Shown here: positions 8,476 through 17,224 of the stretch, in pieces
How the letters are laid out: every line of letters begins with the position of its first letter
Numbering within the stretch: the stretch's first letter is position 1
Source of the DNA: Candidatus Nitrospira inopinata
GTDB lineage: Bacteria > Nitrospirota > Nitrospiria > Nitrospirales > Nitrospiraceae
Assembly: GCF_001458695.1 (NCBI RefSeq)
Contig: NZ_LN885086.1
Coordinates: forward strand, 570,001-602,000
Reading direction: 5' to 3'
Length of the DNA: 32,000 nt
The notes under the pieces: generated by a model
The model's input: only the letters and a program-made list of their open reading frames with translations
Told to the model about the DNA's origin: nothing
The model's database searches: none
Made by a program: the position numbers and the translations under genes

Positions 8476-9021
8476 ATGTCTCCCAGAAGCCGAGGTCCGC
8501 GCACCGCCGCCAGTGCGGCCGCATGGTGGCTTCTGAGCCTGATCACAATCGCGGCGTGGGCCGAGATCGTCGTTCCACCCGACTCCGCAATCGAAGTGGA
8601 TGAAGCTACGGTTCAATCCGTCGTCGCCCTGTTTGAACAGGCGGAACAGGCGATCAAATCCCATGATCTCGACGCGGTCATGTCCGTTTACTCTTCCCAC
8701 TATGACTATCACGGCCTCAAGAAGAACGATATCAGGAAGATATGGAACGACCTGTTCGATGAGTACCAAGACATCGCCAGCACTCACATTCTGACGAAAT
8801 TCACCAAGGTCGGATCGGGAAGCCAAACCGTATTGGAGGTCACCTGCACCGGCTACTTACGGGCTCTGTCCAAAACGAGCGGTCTGTATATTCCGATCGA
8901 CAGTTGGCATGAAGAAGTGCATTATTTGGTGGTCGAGGAGGGTCGATGGAGGATTCGCGGCAACCTCGGTGAGCTGCCGCGTACTCTCCCATTCGGCACG
9001 GCCCCTCATCCTCTGTTCTGA
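8476..9021 (+). CDS. exported NTF2-fold (SnoaL/DUF4440-like) protein
   Basis: ATG 8476 follows GAGGAGG. Signal peptide AAWWLLSLITIAAWA. The pattern VVALFEQAEQAIKSHDLDAVMSVYSSHY...WHEEVHYLVVEEGRWRI fits the alpha+beta cone of NTF2-like proteins. The fold assignment is by pattern only. Confidence 0.55.
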   Translation: MSPRSRGPRTAASAAAWWLLSLITIAAWAEIVVPPDSAIEVDEATVQSVVALFEQAEQAIKSHDLDAVMSVYSSHYDYHGLKKNDIRKIWNDLFDEYQDIASTHILTKFTKVGSGSQTVLEVTCTGYLRALSKTSGLYIPIDSWHEEVHYLVVEEGRWRIRGNLGELPRTLPFGTAPHPLF

Positions 9022-9045
9022 CGCGAAGAGAGAGGAGAAACTGGC

Positions 9046-9903
9046 ATGAGAATCGTGATCGGCGTCGATTGGTCGGACCAATCCTTTGCGGCGGTCTCCC
9101 ACACGTTTCAGCTCTACCGCCCGACCGACGTCACATTGGTGCATGGAGTCAACCTCGGCATGTTCAAGCAACCTATCGTGGCGGAAGCGGCCAACCTACA
9201 GGGCTATGACGACTTCCGCCACGCGATGGTCAACGCCGGACACCAACTGCTCGAACGGGCGGCGGCCATGGTGCCGCCGGAGGTGGCGACGGTGCGCAAG
9301 ATCAATGAGGTCGGCAGTCCCGCCCAAGTCATTCTCGACAGCGCCCAGACCGTCTCTGCCGATCTGATTGTCGTGGGTGCCAGAGGGCGAGGCCGGCTCG
9401 CCGAAACGGTGCTCGGCAGCGTCTCCCACCGAGTCCTCTCCCATACGTCTCGCTCCACCTTGATCGTCAAGGGATCGGTGCGCCCGATCCAGCAGGCATT
9501 GGTCGCCGTCGAAGGTCGTGACGATGCCGATCGCATTGTAGACTGGCTGACCCGCTACCGGTTCGCAACACCGGTGGAACTTCGCGTGTTGAACGTCGTC
9601 GTTCCCATTGGATTGGACAGCCCCTACGATGGGATGGAGGCGAGGACCTGGTGGGAGGGAGCGGAGGCCTATGCCGAACAGCTCGTCAAGAACACGGCGG
9701 CCAAACTGTCCGACGCCGGCTATACAACCGGCACAAAGGTGTCGATCGGCAGCCCGGCGGCTTTGATTGAGGAGGAGGCGAAAGCCATGGACCTGGTGGT
9801 CGCCTCGTCGCACGGAAGAACGGGAGTTGCGCGCTTTCTTTTGGGGAGCGTCTCTCACGCGATCGTCCATCATGTATCTTGTCCGGTGTTGGTGATCCGG
9901 TAA
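9046..9903 (+). CDS. tandem-domain universal stress protein (UspA family)
   Basis: 285 aa with two USP domains, each ending in the ATP-binding signature (VVGARGRGRLAETVLGSVSHRVL and VASSHGRTGVARFLLGSVSHAIV...CPVLVI). Confidence 0.9.
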   Translation: MRIVIGVDWSDQSFAAVSHTFQLYRPTDVTLVHGVNLGMFKQPIVAEAANLQGYDDFRHAMVNAGHQLLERAAAMVPPEVATVRKINEVGSPAQVILDSAQTVSADLIVVGARGRGRLAETVLGSVSHRVLSHTSRSTLIVKGSVRPIQQALVAVEGRDDADRIVDWLTRYRFATPVELRVLNVVVPIGLDSPYDGMEARTWWEGAEAYAEQLVKNTAAKLSDAGYTTGTKVSIGSPAALIEEEAKAMDLVVASSHGRTGVARFLLGSVSHAIVHHVSCPVLVIR

Positions 9904-9928
9904 AGAAACAGTGGCAAGGAGATCGGCC

Positions 9929-10288
9929 ATGAACATCGTAGTGGCGGCAAGTCTCATCATTCTTTTGGCGGCAACCCCCTGGGCCACCGCGCAGGTGCTT
10001 CGCGGCAATCCCAAGGCGGGAGAAACGGTGTACCAACAACAGTGTCTGCGCTGCCACGGAACCAACCTCGATGGCAACGGACCGGACAGTCGAGACTTGA
10101 TCGTGCCTCCGGCTGATTTCCGGTCTCCGGCCAGCCGATCCAAGACCGATTGGGAATTGCTCGTCTCGATCGCCAACGGCGTGCTGTTCACCCCGATGCA
10201 CAGTTTCCGCGGCAAACTGACGGACGAGCAGATGCTGGACGTGTTGTCCTACATCCGAGCCAGAATTCCGCCAGACATTGTCAGCTAA
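9929..10288 (+). CDS. monohaem class-I c-type cytochrome
   Basis: ATG 9929 after AAGGAG. Signal peptide. One CxxCH (CLRCHG). PPADFRS...MH...LTDEQMLDVLSYIRA. Close paralog of 20421..20786. Confidence 0.85.
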   Translation: MNIVVAASLIILLAATPWATAQVLRGNPKAGETVYQQQCLRCHGTNLDGNGPDSRDLIVPPADFRSPASRSKTDWELLVSIANGVLFTPMHSFRGKLTDEQMLDVLSYIRARIPPDIVS

Positions 10289-10296
10289 CATCACCC

Positions 10297-11451
10297 GTGC
10301 TCCGGCGACCGACAGCCCGGTGGCCATTCGCCCTGACGCTTGTTCTGTCTCTTGTTATCGGGCCAGCCGCTGGAGGCACAGATGTCCAAATCCACGATGC
10401 TCCGCCGGACATCGAAGTCTTCGTTCGCGCAGGCTGTCCCCATTGCGAGACCGCCAAAGTCTTCTTAGACACCCTACGCCGCGAGCAGCCGGAGCTTCGG
10501 ATCAAGTTCTATGACATCGGCGAGGATGCAGGCGCGCGACAACGGCTTGCCTCGATGGTTCACGATCGAGGCATGTCCGTCATTGGGGTTCCCACCTTCC
10601 TTATCGGAACAGACCTGATTATCGGCTTTCGCTCCAATGAGACGACCGGCGCGGACATTCGCGCGCTCGTGGCCCGCAACGCGCCGGCCACCGCAGCACC
10701 TTCGCTCATCGACAGTATCGAGACACCGTGGTTCGGTCGGCTGCACATCAAGGATTTCGGCCTTCCACTCTTCACCGTCATCATCGGCCTGCTGGACGGG
10801 TTCAATCCCTGCGCGATGTGGGTGCTGCTTTTTCTCCTGTCGCTGCTCGTCAATCTTCAGGATCGGTTCAAGATGGCGCTCATCGCCGGCACGTTCGTCC
10901 TCGTCAGTGGTCTGGTGTACTTGGCCTTCATGGCCGCATGGCTCAACGTATTTCTGGTCATCGGCTTTTCCCGCGCCATCCAGGTTGCGCTGGGCTGTGT
11001 CGCCTGCTTCATGGGAGCGGTCAACGTCAAAGATTTTGTCGCCTTCCGGCGTGGGGTCTCACTGAGCATTCCCGACTCGACGAAACCACGGTTCTACACC
11101 ATGGTTCGCCGAATCCTTCAAGCTGATCATCTCCCTGGCGCTTTGGTAGGCACCGTGGTGTTGGCTGTCTTTGTGAACGTGATCGAACTGCTGTGTACGG
11201 CTGGCTTCCCCATGCTCTATACTCAGATCCTCACCGCACAACAGCTCTCGGCTTGGGAATACTATGGCTACCTTGGTCTCTACAACCTGGCTTACATCTT
11301 CGATGACGGCCTCATGGTTGCGATTGCAGTGGTCACGCTGAGCCGAAGAAAATTGCAGGAACGAGCCGGCCGTTGGCTCAAACTCGCCGGCGGATCGCTC
11401 ATGATCGGGTTAGGGATCGTCTTGCTGTTTCGCCCTCAGTGGCTCGCCTGA
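10297..11451 (+). CDS. glutaredoxin/thioredoxin-fold domain (CPHC) fused to a DsbD/CcdA-like multi-TM thiol-disulfide transporter domain
   Basis: The frame is open from 10150, but a GTG at 10297 gives a signal-like N-terminus just after the cytochrome stop. VFVRAGCPHCETAKVFL...GVPTFLIG is the Grx/Trx fold. About 6 TM helices follow, with GFNPCAMWVLLF and ELLCTAGFP motifs resembling the DsbD_2/CcdA family. Confidence 0.65.
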   Translation: MLRRPTARWPFALTLVLSLVIGPAAGGTDVQIHDAPPDIEVFVRAGCPHCETAKVFLDTLRREQPELRIKFYDIGEDAGARQRLASMVHDRGMSVIGVPTFLIGTDLIIGFRSNETTGADIRALVARNAPATAAPSLIDSIETPWFGRLHIKDFGLPLFTVIIGLLDGFNPCAMWVLLFLLSLLVNLQDRFKMALIAGTFVLVSGLVYLAFMAAWLNVFLVIGFSRAIQVALGCVACFMGAVNVKDFVAFRRGVSLSIPDSTKPRFYTMVRRILQADHLPGALVGTVVLAVFVNVIELLCTAGFPMLYTQILTAQQLSAWEYYGYLGLYNLAYIFDDGLMVAIAVVTLSRRKLQERAGRWLKLAGGSLMIGLGIVLLFRPQWLA

Positions 11452-11469
11452 TCACAGGTGACCGTCGCC

Positions 11470-11502
11470 GTGAATCCACCCGCATTGAGCCGCTGGATTC
11501 AC
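11470..11502 (+). promoter_or_regulatory. 9-bp inverted repeat GTGAATCCA-N15-TGGATTCAC just upstream of the acetyl-CoA synthetase gene
   Basis: Perfect 9-bp arms at 11470-11478 and 11494-11502. Located 19 nt before ATG 11522 and 19 nt after the upstream stop. Either an operator or a weak terminator. Confidence 0.3.
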
Positions 11503-11521
11503 TTCGTGTAGAAGAATATCA

Positions 11522-13702
11522 ATGACCGGCTCTTCGTCCGATCACCTTGCAGGATCCCTCACGCCGTTCTTCCGCCCTCGTCGCGTCGCTGTGGTCGGGG
11601 CATCCCGTGAAAAAGGCAGCATCGGGCATCGGGTATTGGACTGTCTGCGAAGCGGAGGGTTTACCGGCTCGATCATCCCCGTCAATCCTCATGTTGACAC
11701 CATCGACAGCCTGCGCGCGTTCTCCTCTCTCTCAGCCATCCCGGACTCGATTGACCTTGCGGTCATCACCGTTCCCGCCCATCTCGCTCTGTCCGTGATC
11801 GACGAGTGTGCCGCCAAGCCGGTACGGACCGTCATCATGATCGCCGCCGGTTTTGCCGAAACGGGCGAAAGAGGAGCCAGGATCGAGCGGGAACTGCGCA
11901 CGAAGATTCAGCAACACGGCATCCGCCTCATCGGACCGAATTGTTTCGGCCTCATGAACTGTGATCCGACTCTCAGGCTCAACGCGACCTACACACCGCT
12001 TCTTCCGCCTTTCGGGTCCGTCTCCATCGCCTCAGACAGTGGAGGCGTCGGCGCCATGGTGGTCATGGCGGCCCGACGGGTCAATCTTGGCATCTCCACG
12101 TACGTGAGTCTCGGCAATCATGTGGACGTCAACGTCAACGACCTCTTGGAATATTGGGAACAGGATGCCACCACCCAGGTCATCTTGTTGTACCTCGAAA
12201 CCATCGCTGAGCCCCAACGGTTTCGACGGCTCGCCGAGAGAGTCGGCAGGCACAAACCGATCATCGCCTTGAAAGCCGGACGCACCACGGCCGGCCAAGC
12301 GGCTGCCGGCTCACATACAGCGGCCCTGGCAACCAACGACCGGGCCGTGGACGCTCTCTTCACTCAATGCGGTGTCATCCGAGCCTCGACGGTGGAGGAG
12401 TGGCTTGCGCTCGCCGTGGCGTTTTCCAACCAGCGACTCCCCGTCGGCCGCCGTGTCGGCATCCTGACCAACTCCGGCGGAGCCGGAGTCCTGTGCGCGG
12501 ACAGTTGCGGGAACGAAGGATTGCTCGTCCCTCCATTGCCGCCATCGGTCAGTGCCACACTGGCTTCGTTTCTGTCGCCACTGGCGGCGCTCACAAACCC
12601 TGTCGACATGATCGGGATCGCAACGGAAGACCAACATGCGGCCGCCGTCGAAACCCTATTACGGTCCGATGTCCTCGATGCCCTCATCATCGTGCATCTG
12701 TCGATCAATGTCGCGGACAACGATCAAGTTGCAGCCGGCATTGCGAGGGGAATCCGTGCAGCAAGGCTGGCCGGCAGTCGCAAACCCGTCTTTCTCTGTT
12801 GGATGGCCGAGGGCGATGCGGACCGCCACTTCGATATCGATGGAGCGATCATCCCAACCTCTCGCTCCCCGGAAATGCCCGCCTTCGCTATCAGCCGTAT
12901 CTTGTCTTACGAAACATGGCGAGAACTGTCAGCAAAGGGGGTGTTCCTACCGCCTGTCCGTGAGCTGCCCCATCTTGACTTGCCCCAGGCTAGGGCCATT
13001 TGCGTCAAGGCCCTCGCCGAGCGCGGGCCAGGCTGGCTCACGACAGAAGAGGTGCAGGCCCTGCTGAGCACGGTGAACGTCCCGCTTTTGGGCCACCTTG
13101 TAACCAATCCAGAGGAAGCTGTCCTGGCTGCCAAAATCATCGGCTATCCGGTGGCGGTGAAACTCGCGTCCCATCACATTCTGCACAAAACGGAGTTTGG
13201 TGCGGTGTGCCTCAATCTGACTGACGCGGAAGCCGTCACCCAGGCTTTTCATACCATCAAAAAAAGGCTCGCGCAGGCCGGCAAATCGGATGTAGATGTA
13301 ATGGAAGGCGTGTTGGTGCAACCGATGGTGTCAAGCGGCGTGGAGGTGCTGATCGGCGCGACCCGCGATCCGCATTTGGGCCCTGTGATCGCGGTCGGCC
13401 TGGGCGGTGTGCTGGTCGAACTTCTGGGTGACGTTCAACTGGGGCTCACTCCCCTCACGAAACACGACGCATCTAGGATGATTCGGAATCTGAAAGGGTA
13501 CCCCCTGCTCACCGGCTACCGAGGCAGGCCGGCAATGGATAAGCGGGCACTCGAAGATGCGCTCTTGCGGATCTCCCGCCTCGTCGAGACAATCCCAATC
13601 ATCAGCGAACTTGACCTCAACCCAATCATCGTGCTGCCTGACGGTCAGGGGTGTCGGCTCGTCGATGCACGGGTGCTGGTCCATGCACCTTCTGAACATT
13701 GA
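11522..13702 (+). CDS. ADP-forming acetyl-CoA synthetase / acyl-CoA synthetase (NDP-forming), fused alpha+beta
   Basis: 726 aa. N-terminal CoA-binding domain (FFRPRRVAVVGAS...), succinyl-CoA-ligase-like flavodoxin domain (IGPNCFG), C-terminal ATP-grasp (GYPVAVKL...HKTEFGAV). No GNAT tail, so not a Pat-type acetyltransferase. Confidence 0.9.
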   Translation: MTGSSSDHLAGSLTPFFRPRRVAVVGASREKGSIGHRVLDCLRSGGFTGSIIPVNPHVDTIDSLRAFSSLSAIPDSIDLAVITVPAHLALSVIDECAAKPVRTVIMIAAGFAETGERGARIERELRTKIQQHGIRLIGPNCFGLMNCDPTLRLNATYTPLLPPFGSVSIASDSGGVGAMVVMAARRVNLGISTYVSLGNHVDVNVNDLLEYWEQDATTQVILLYLETIAEPQRFRRLAERVGRHKPIIALKAGRTTAGQAAAGSHTAALATNDRAVDALFTQCGVIRASTVEEWLALAVAFSNQRLPVGRRVGILTNSGGAGVLCADSCGNEGLLVPPLPPSVSATLASFLSPLAALTNPVDMIGIATEDQHAAAVETLLRSDVLDALIIVHLSINVADNDQVAAGIARGIRAARLAGSRKPVFLCWMAEGDADRHFDIDGAIIPTSRSPEMPAFAISRILSYETWRELSAKGVFLPPVRELPHLDLPQARAICVKALAERGPGWLTTEEVQALLSTVNVPLLGHLVTNPEEAVLAAKIIGYPVAVKLASHHILHKTEFGAVCLNLTDAEAVTQAFHTIKKRLAQAGKSDVDVMEGVLVQPMVSSGVEVLIGATRDPHLGPVIAVGLGGVLVELLGDVQLGLTPLTKHDASRMIRNLKGYPLLTGYRGRPAMDKRALEDALLRISRLVETIPIISELDLNPIIVLPDGQGCRLVDARVLVHAPSEH

Positions 13703-13787
13703 CGATGTGGTCTTTCCGATCGAGCCTCCGCACGGACTCGCTCATCGGTCCCTGCCGGCCGTTTCACCCGAACTGTGAACGCTCCGA

Positions 13788-14540
13788 TCACCGCCAGGTG
13801 ACTTCTTCCCAATAGAGATGAACAAAGGTCTCAAAGGGAGGGAAGTTGGCTGAGTTCTGTTCTTTCGACCGAACCCACAGGTCGATCTCCATGCCGCCTG
13901 GATCCGTCTCGCCGCCCGGCAATGTCCGTGCGACGGGGTACCGAACCACGTGGGTCTGGGGATCCCGCGAGCGCTCCATCACCATGAAGTGCGCGTCATA
14001 GTCTTTGTAGAGCACCTCGTCATCCTTGTACATCGTCGCGGTGCCCCACCCGCCCAGGTACAGCCAGGTTTTCGGATAGAGAGGATCGCCGTTGTTTGAA
14101 TCGCCGTGCTCATAGATCCTGGTGGCGATGCCGCCGTCTTGAAACGGCGCTTTCTCTGTAAACCGATCGAAGACGATTCGATACCGGTGAGAACCCTCCA
14201 CAAACTCGGCCACCACCAGACCAGTGTTGGTCCTCTCGTTGATCTCGATCTCAATCGTCCCCTGCACCGGCTTGAGCCGTTTCCCCGCATAGTCGAGATG
14301 GTCCCATGGCGGCATGTCCTCCATGCTCCCGACAAGGACCGCCCGTTCCCCTCTCAAACGAAACTCACCGCTGTAATAGGGATGCTCCGTGGCTTTGAAA
14401 ATCCTGGTTCCTTCCGTCCCTTTGGGAGTTCCGAATTGCCGCTCTTGTGCCTGGACGGTCATCCAAGACCACGTCGCCATTGAACCCATTGAAACTGCTG
14501 TGGCGATCGCCCACAGGGCCACCGATATCGCGACGCGCAC
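13788..14540 (-). CDS. exported protein of unknown function (no recognisable domain)
   Basis: The frame is open to 14597, but GTG 14540 sits 6 nt after AAAGGAGG. That gives MRVAISVALWAIATAVSMGSMATWSWMTVQA-QE (signal peptide) and a 250-aa product with coding-like composition. It is convergent with the acetyl-CoA synthetase gene. Confidence 0.65.
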   Translation of the reverse strand: MRVAISVALWAIATAVSMGSMATWSWMTVQAQERQFGTPKGTEGTRIFKATEHPYYSGEFRLRGERAVLVGSMEDMPPWDHLDYAGKRLKPVQGTIEIEINERTNTGLVVAEFVEGSHRYRIVFDRFTEKAPFQDGGIATRIYEHGDSNNGDPLYPKTWLYLGGWGTATMYKDDEVLYKDYDAHFMVMERSRDPQTHVVRYPVARTLPGGETDPGGMEIDLWVRSKEQNSANFPPFETFVHLYWEEVTWR

Positions 14541-14775
14541 GGCGCACCTCCTTTGGTTGAGAGACTGGTTGGTCTTCCACAACTTTGCACCGCCCATCTT
14601 CCCATCCCATCGAAGTGACCTGCAATCGGCGGGATCAACCTGTTAAATCATACAAGAGAAACAAGGGGCCCACACGCGAACGGAGTGATTCGAATAAAAC
14701 AGCTCTCTTCTCCGTCAAAACCGACAGCCGTGAGGCATTTGCCGCGCAAGCTCCGGTCTGGTCGTCGCACACCGG

Positions 14776-15258
14776 TCAGTCTGCCATTGGATTCGGATCT
14801 TTCCGCAGAAAGGCCAGGTACATGAGCAGGTCGGCAATGTCTTGATCGGTCATGGTGAGGTCGGGAAACATGCCGGTGCCCGGATGCCCCTCTCGGATGG
14901 CGCGGGCCCGTTCTTTGTTGGTCTTGAGCCGAAGGGCGGCGGGATTGCGAAGGTCCGGCGGCGGGGGGTTGAGTCCGGCGATGAGCGCGGCCGTATCAGG
15001 TTCGAGTCTCGGCGTCCGTCCAAGATAGCCGTCGATGCCGTGGCAATAGTGGCAGGCTCCCCTGCCGTTGAAGATCTCGCGGCCCTTCGCGACATTGCCT
15101 TTGAGCCTCGGGGTCGTTGGCGAGGAGGCGGCGGCCCAGCCTGTTTCAACGGAGAAGGGGAGCAATTGCCCTCCGATCCAACAAGCGAGAATCAGTGTGC
15201 CGATGGTCATGGTGCGCCGGTGGATTCGGACGAGCCCTTTCTGCTCTCCAGGCCTCAT
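14776..15258 (-). CDS. monohaem class-I c-type cytochrome
   Basis: CHYCHG haem motif, TM/signal segment MTIGTLILACWIGG, C-terminal MTDQDIADLLMYLAFL. The start is uncertain (TTG 15279, ATG 15258 or ATG 15210). Confidence 0.8.
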   Translation of the reverse strand: MRPGEQKGLVRIHRRTMTIGTLILACWIGGQLLPFSVETGWAAASSPTTPRLKGNVAKGREIFNGRGACHYCHGIDGYLGRTPRLEPDTAALIAGLNPPPPDLRNPAALRLKTNKERARAIREGHPGTGMFPDLTMTDQDIADLLMYLAFLRKDPNPMAD

Positions 15259-15306
15259 GACGACCGTTCGTTGTCCCAACCCGTCACTCCCATACAGGTG
15301 GCTCCG

Positions 15307-15786
15307 TCAGTGATCACCGCAGCAGGCGTTATAGCGATCTTCCGGGATGGCCTCCATATCTTGAAAGACCTTCGCCCGTTCTTCTTCGCTGGTCACGTTG
15401 TCGATGGAGGGATAGAGCACTCGCTCTTCTTTCATATTGTGCGAACCAAGAACGCTGAGCAGCACCTGTTCCTCTTGATCGCTGTCGAGACTCTGCCGCG
15501 CCACCTTCTCATGGATGGATTCGAGCAGTTGCCCGATCTGCCGATGCTCATGCCGCATCACAAACGTCGGCCCGCCGTCGGTCATTCCCGTCTTCTGCTC
15601 CCACAGGGGAAACAGCAGTTCCTCCTCCCACACAATATGGCGCTGCAATCCGACTTTGAAGTCCTTGAACGCTTCCTTGGCCTTCGCGAAATCCGACCGT
15701 TTCGTCGTTTGGAATGTCTTGAACAGGTCATCGAGGCGATTGTGATCCTCTTCGTACCATGCTGTGATCGTCTTCCGTTCTCCCAT
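15307..15786 (-). CDS. hemerythrin (HHE cation-binding) domain protein
   Basis: 159 aa. Spaced His/Glu pattern (EDHNRLDDLF, LQRHIVWEEELLFP, MRHEHRQIGQLL, SHNMKEERVLYP) typical of hemerythrin-like di-iron four-helix bundles. Confidence 0.8.
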   Translation of the reverse strand: MGERKTITAWYEEDHNRLDDLFKTFQTTKRSDFAKAKEAFKDFKVGLQRHIVWEEELLFPLWEQKTGMTDGGPTFVMRHEHRQIGQLLESIHEKVARQSLDSDQEEQVLLSVLGSHNMKEERVLYPSIDNVTSEEERAKVFQDMEAIPEDRYNACCGDH

Positions 15787-15968
15787 GAGTTGCTCCCCTC
15801 TGTTATCGGTCGCGTGACCGACCTTGCGGTAACGAGCCCGCCTCCTCTTAACAGATTATGCCGGTCGCAACAAGAGCCTTTTGAGGAATGATGGCCTGCT
15901 GGGCGAGGGACATAGCTGTCAGATGACGAAGAATCTTTCAGCGGAGGAGGAGCAGATAAGCCGACCTT

Positions 15969-16481
15969 CTACTTACACTTGGCGATGGCATCAAGCTCCG
16001 CTTTGAGCTTGGCTCGATCATCGCAGAGCCGGTCGAGCGGCAATTTGAACAACGCCTCAATGCGCGCCCGCAACGTGCGATAGACCCGCTCAAACTCGGC
16101 GTCGATCTCCGCCTCTGTTCCGGTCGCTTTGGCCGGATCCTCGACACCCCAATGGGCACGCAGCGCAGGACCAAGATAAGCCGGGCAGGCTTCTCCTGCC
16201 GCATCATCACACACCGTGATCACCAGGTCCGGCGCAACCGAAAGGTCGGTCCACGACTTGCTGTGTAAGCCCTCAGTCGCAATGCCTTCCCGTCGCAACA
16301 AAGCCAACGAGCGGGGATGGACCCTGCCGGTCGGATGGCTGCCCGCGCTCATGGCGCGCCACTTTTGGCCTGCCAGCGCGTTGAACGTGGCTTCGGCCAG
16401 GATCGATCGGCAGGAGTTGCCGGTGCATAGGAACAACACAGAGCGTTGCATTGATTGTTCGTTTGGCTCAGACGGAGGCAC
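15969..16481 (-). CDS. arsC: LMW-PTP-type, thioredoxin-coupled arsenate reductase
   Basis: P-loop VLFLCTGNSCRSILAE (CX5R) plus downstream VITVCDDAAGEACP Cys pair, as in Trx-coupled ArsC. Overlaps the trxC stop by 14 nt if the GTG 16481 start is used (alternative ATG 16451). Confidence 0.8.
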   Translation of the reverse strand: MPPSEPNEQSMQRSVLFLCTGNSCRSILAEATFNALAGQKWRAMSAGSHPTGRVHPRSLALLRREGIATEGLHSKSWTDLSVAPDLVITVCDDAAGEACPAYLGPALRAHWGVEDPAKATGTEAEIDAEFERVYRTLRARIEALFKLPLDRLCDDRAKLKAELDAIAKCK

Positions 16482-16902
16482 GGACCCATCGGACGATGTC
16501 CGGCAGCCCCAGCGCCCCTGACCGCCGCGTGACCTCGCGCCCTTGGCGAAAGAGGATCAGAGTGGGGATCCCCGTAATTCCAAATCGGGCCGCCAGTTCG
16601 TGCTCCTCTTCGGTATTCACCTTGGCCAGCCGAACATGGGGTTCCAGTGTCTTCGCCGCCTGCTCAAAAGCCGGCGCCATGATCAGGCACGGCCCGCACC
16701 AGGGCGCCCAAAAATCGACCGCGACCGGAATATCATTGCGTGAGATATGGGTCTCAAAATTCGCCTTTGTCAACGTGATCGGCTGTCCCACAAACAACGG
16801 TCTATGGCACAGACCGCACTTGGGTCCTTCGCTCAGACGGGAGCCCGGCACGCGATTGATGCCTCCGCAATGGGGGCAAACGATGTGAAGCGGATCAGTC
16901 AT
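16468..16902 (-). CDS. trxC: thioredoxin 2 (Zn-finger N-terminal extension)
   Basis: 144 aa. N-terminal CPHC...CGLC zinc-ribbon, then WAPWCGPC active site and the thioredoxin fold. Confidence 0.9.
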   Translation of the reverse strand: MTDPLHIVCPHCGGINRVPGSRLSEGPKCGLCHRPLFVGQPITLTKANFETHISRNDIPVAVDFWAPWCGPCLIMAPAFEQAAKTLEPHVRLAKVNTEEEHELAARFGITGIPTLILFRQGREVTRRSGALGLPDIVRWVRASV

Positions 16903-17218
16903 CTACGTCGAGTCCCGCTCGCCGGAGCCGTTCACGAAGCCGGTCGATCTCGTTCAAGAGATCCAGCATGACCGCGACCGTCTCTATACTGGCTTCGAAG
17001 TCCCGCTGGAGACGAGCGGCTCGGCGAGCACAGACCAGGTCCGTCGCGCAGAACCGCCAGGCAGCCCGGTCGTGCCCCCGTTCGGCCAGAATTCCGACCT
17101 CAATCAATTCGGCAACCCACGTCACTTCGGCGTGACAGGCGCTTGCCAGCTCTTCGACCGTCAGCACGTCCTCGCGCCCCACGATGTTGCCCGTCAACAC
17201 GTCATCTTCCATGCTCAC
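16895..17218 (-). CDS. cbpM: chaperone modulator CbpM (MerR-like HTH)
   Basis: 107 aa, immediately downstream (6-nt gap) of cbpA. The size and helical MerR-like pattern (ELASACHAEVTWVAELIEVGIL...RLQRDFE) match CbpM. Confidence 0.75.
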   Translation of the reverse strand: MSMEDDVLTGNIVGREDVLTVEELASACHAEVTWVAELIEVGILAERGHDRAAWRFCATDLVCARRAARLQRDFEASIETVAVMLDLLNEIDRLRERLRRAGLDVDD

Positions 17219-17224
17219 ACCTCT

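Noticed and set aside
14842-15891. 349-aa plus-strand ORF; likewise 17072..18292 (406 aa), 20867..21913 (348 aa), 25946..26911 (321 aa), 28098..29348 (416 aa) and 29904..30878 (324 aa)
   Set aside because: These are shadow ORFs antisense to the cytochrome c/hemerythrin, cbpA/cbpM, DUF3365/ZraP-like, PPK2, tetrahaem and TsdA-like genes. None has a plausible RBS or recognisable motif.
16804-16818. CGLCH (a CxxCH pattern) inside TrxC
   Set aside because: It is part of the cytoplasmic N-terminal zinc-ribbon of thioredoxin 2 (CPHC...CGLC). The protein has no signal peptide, so this is not a haem-c attachment site and is not counted among the 13 motifs.
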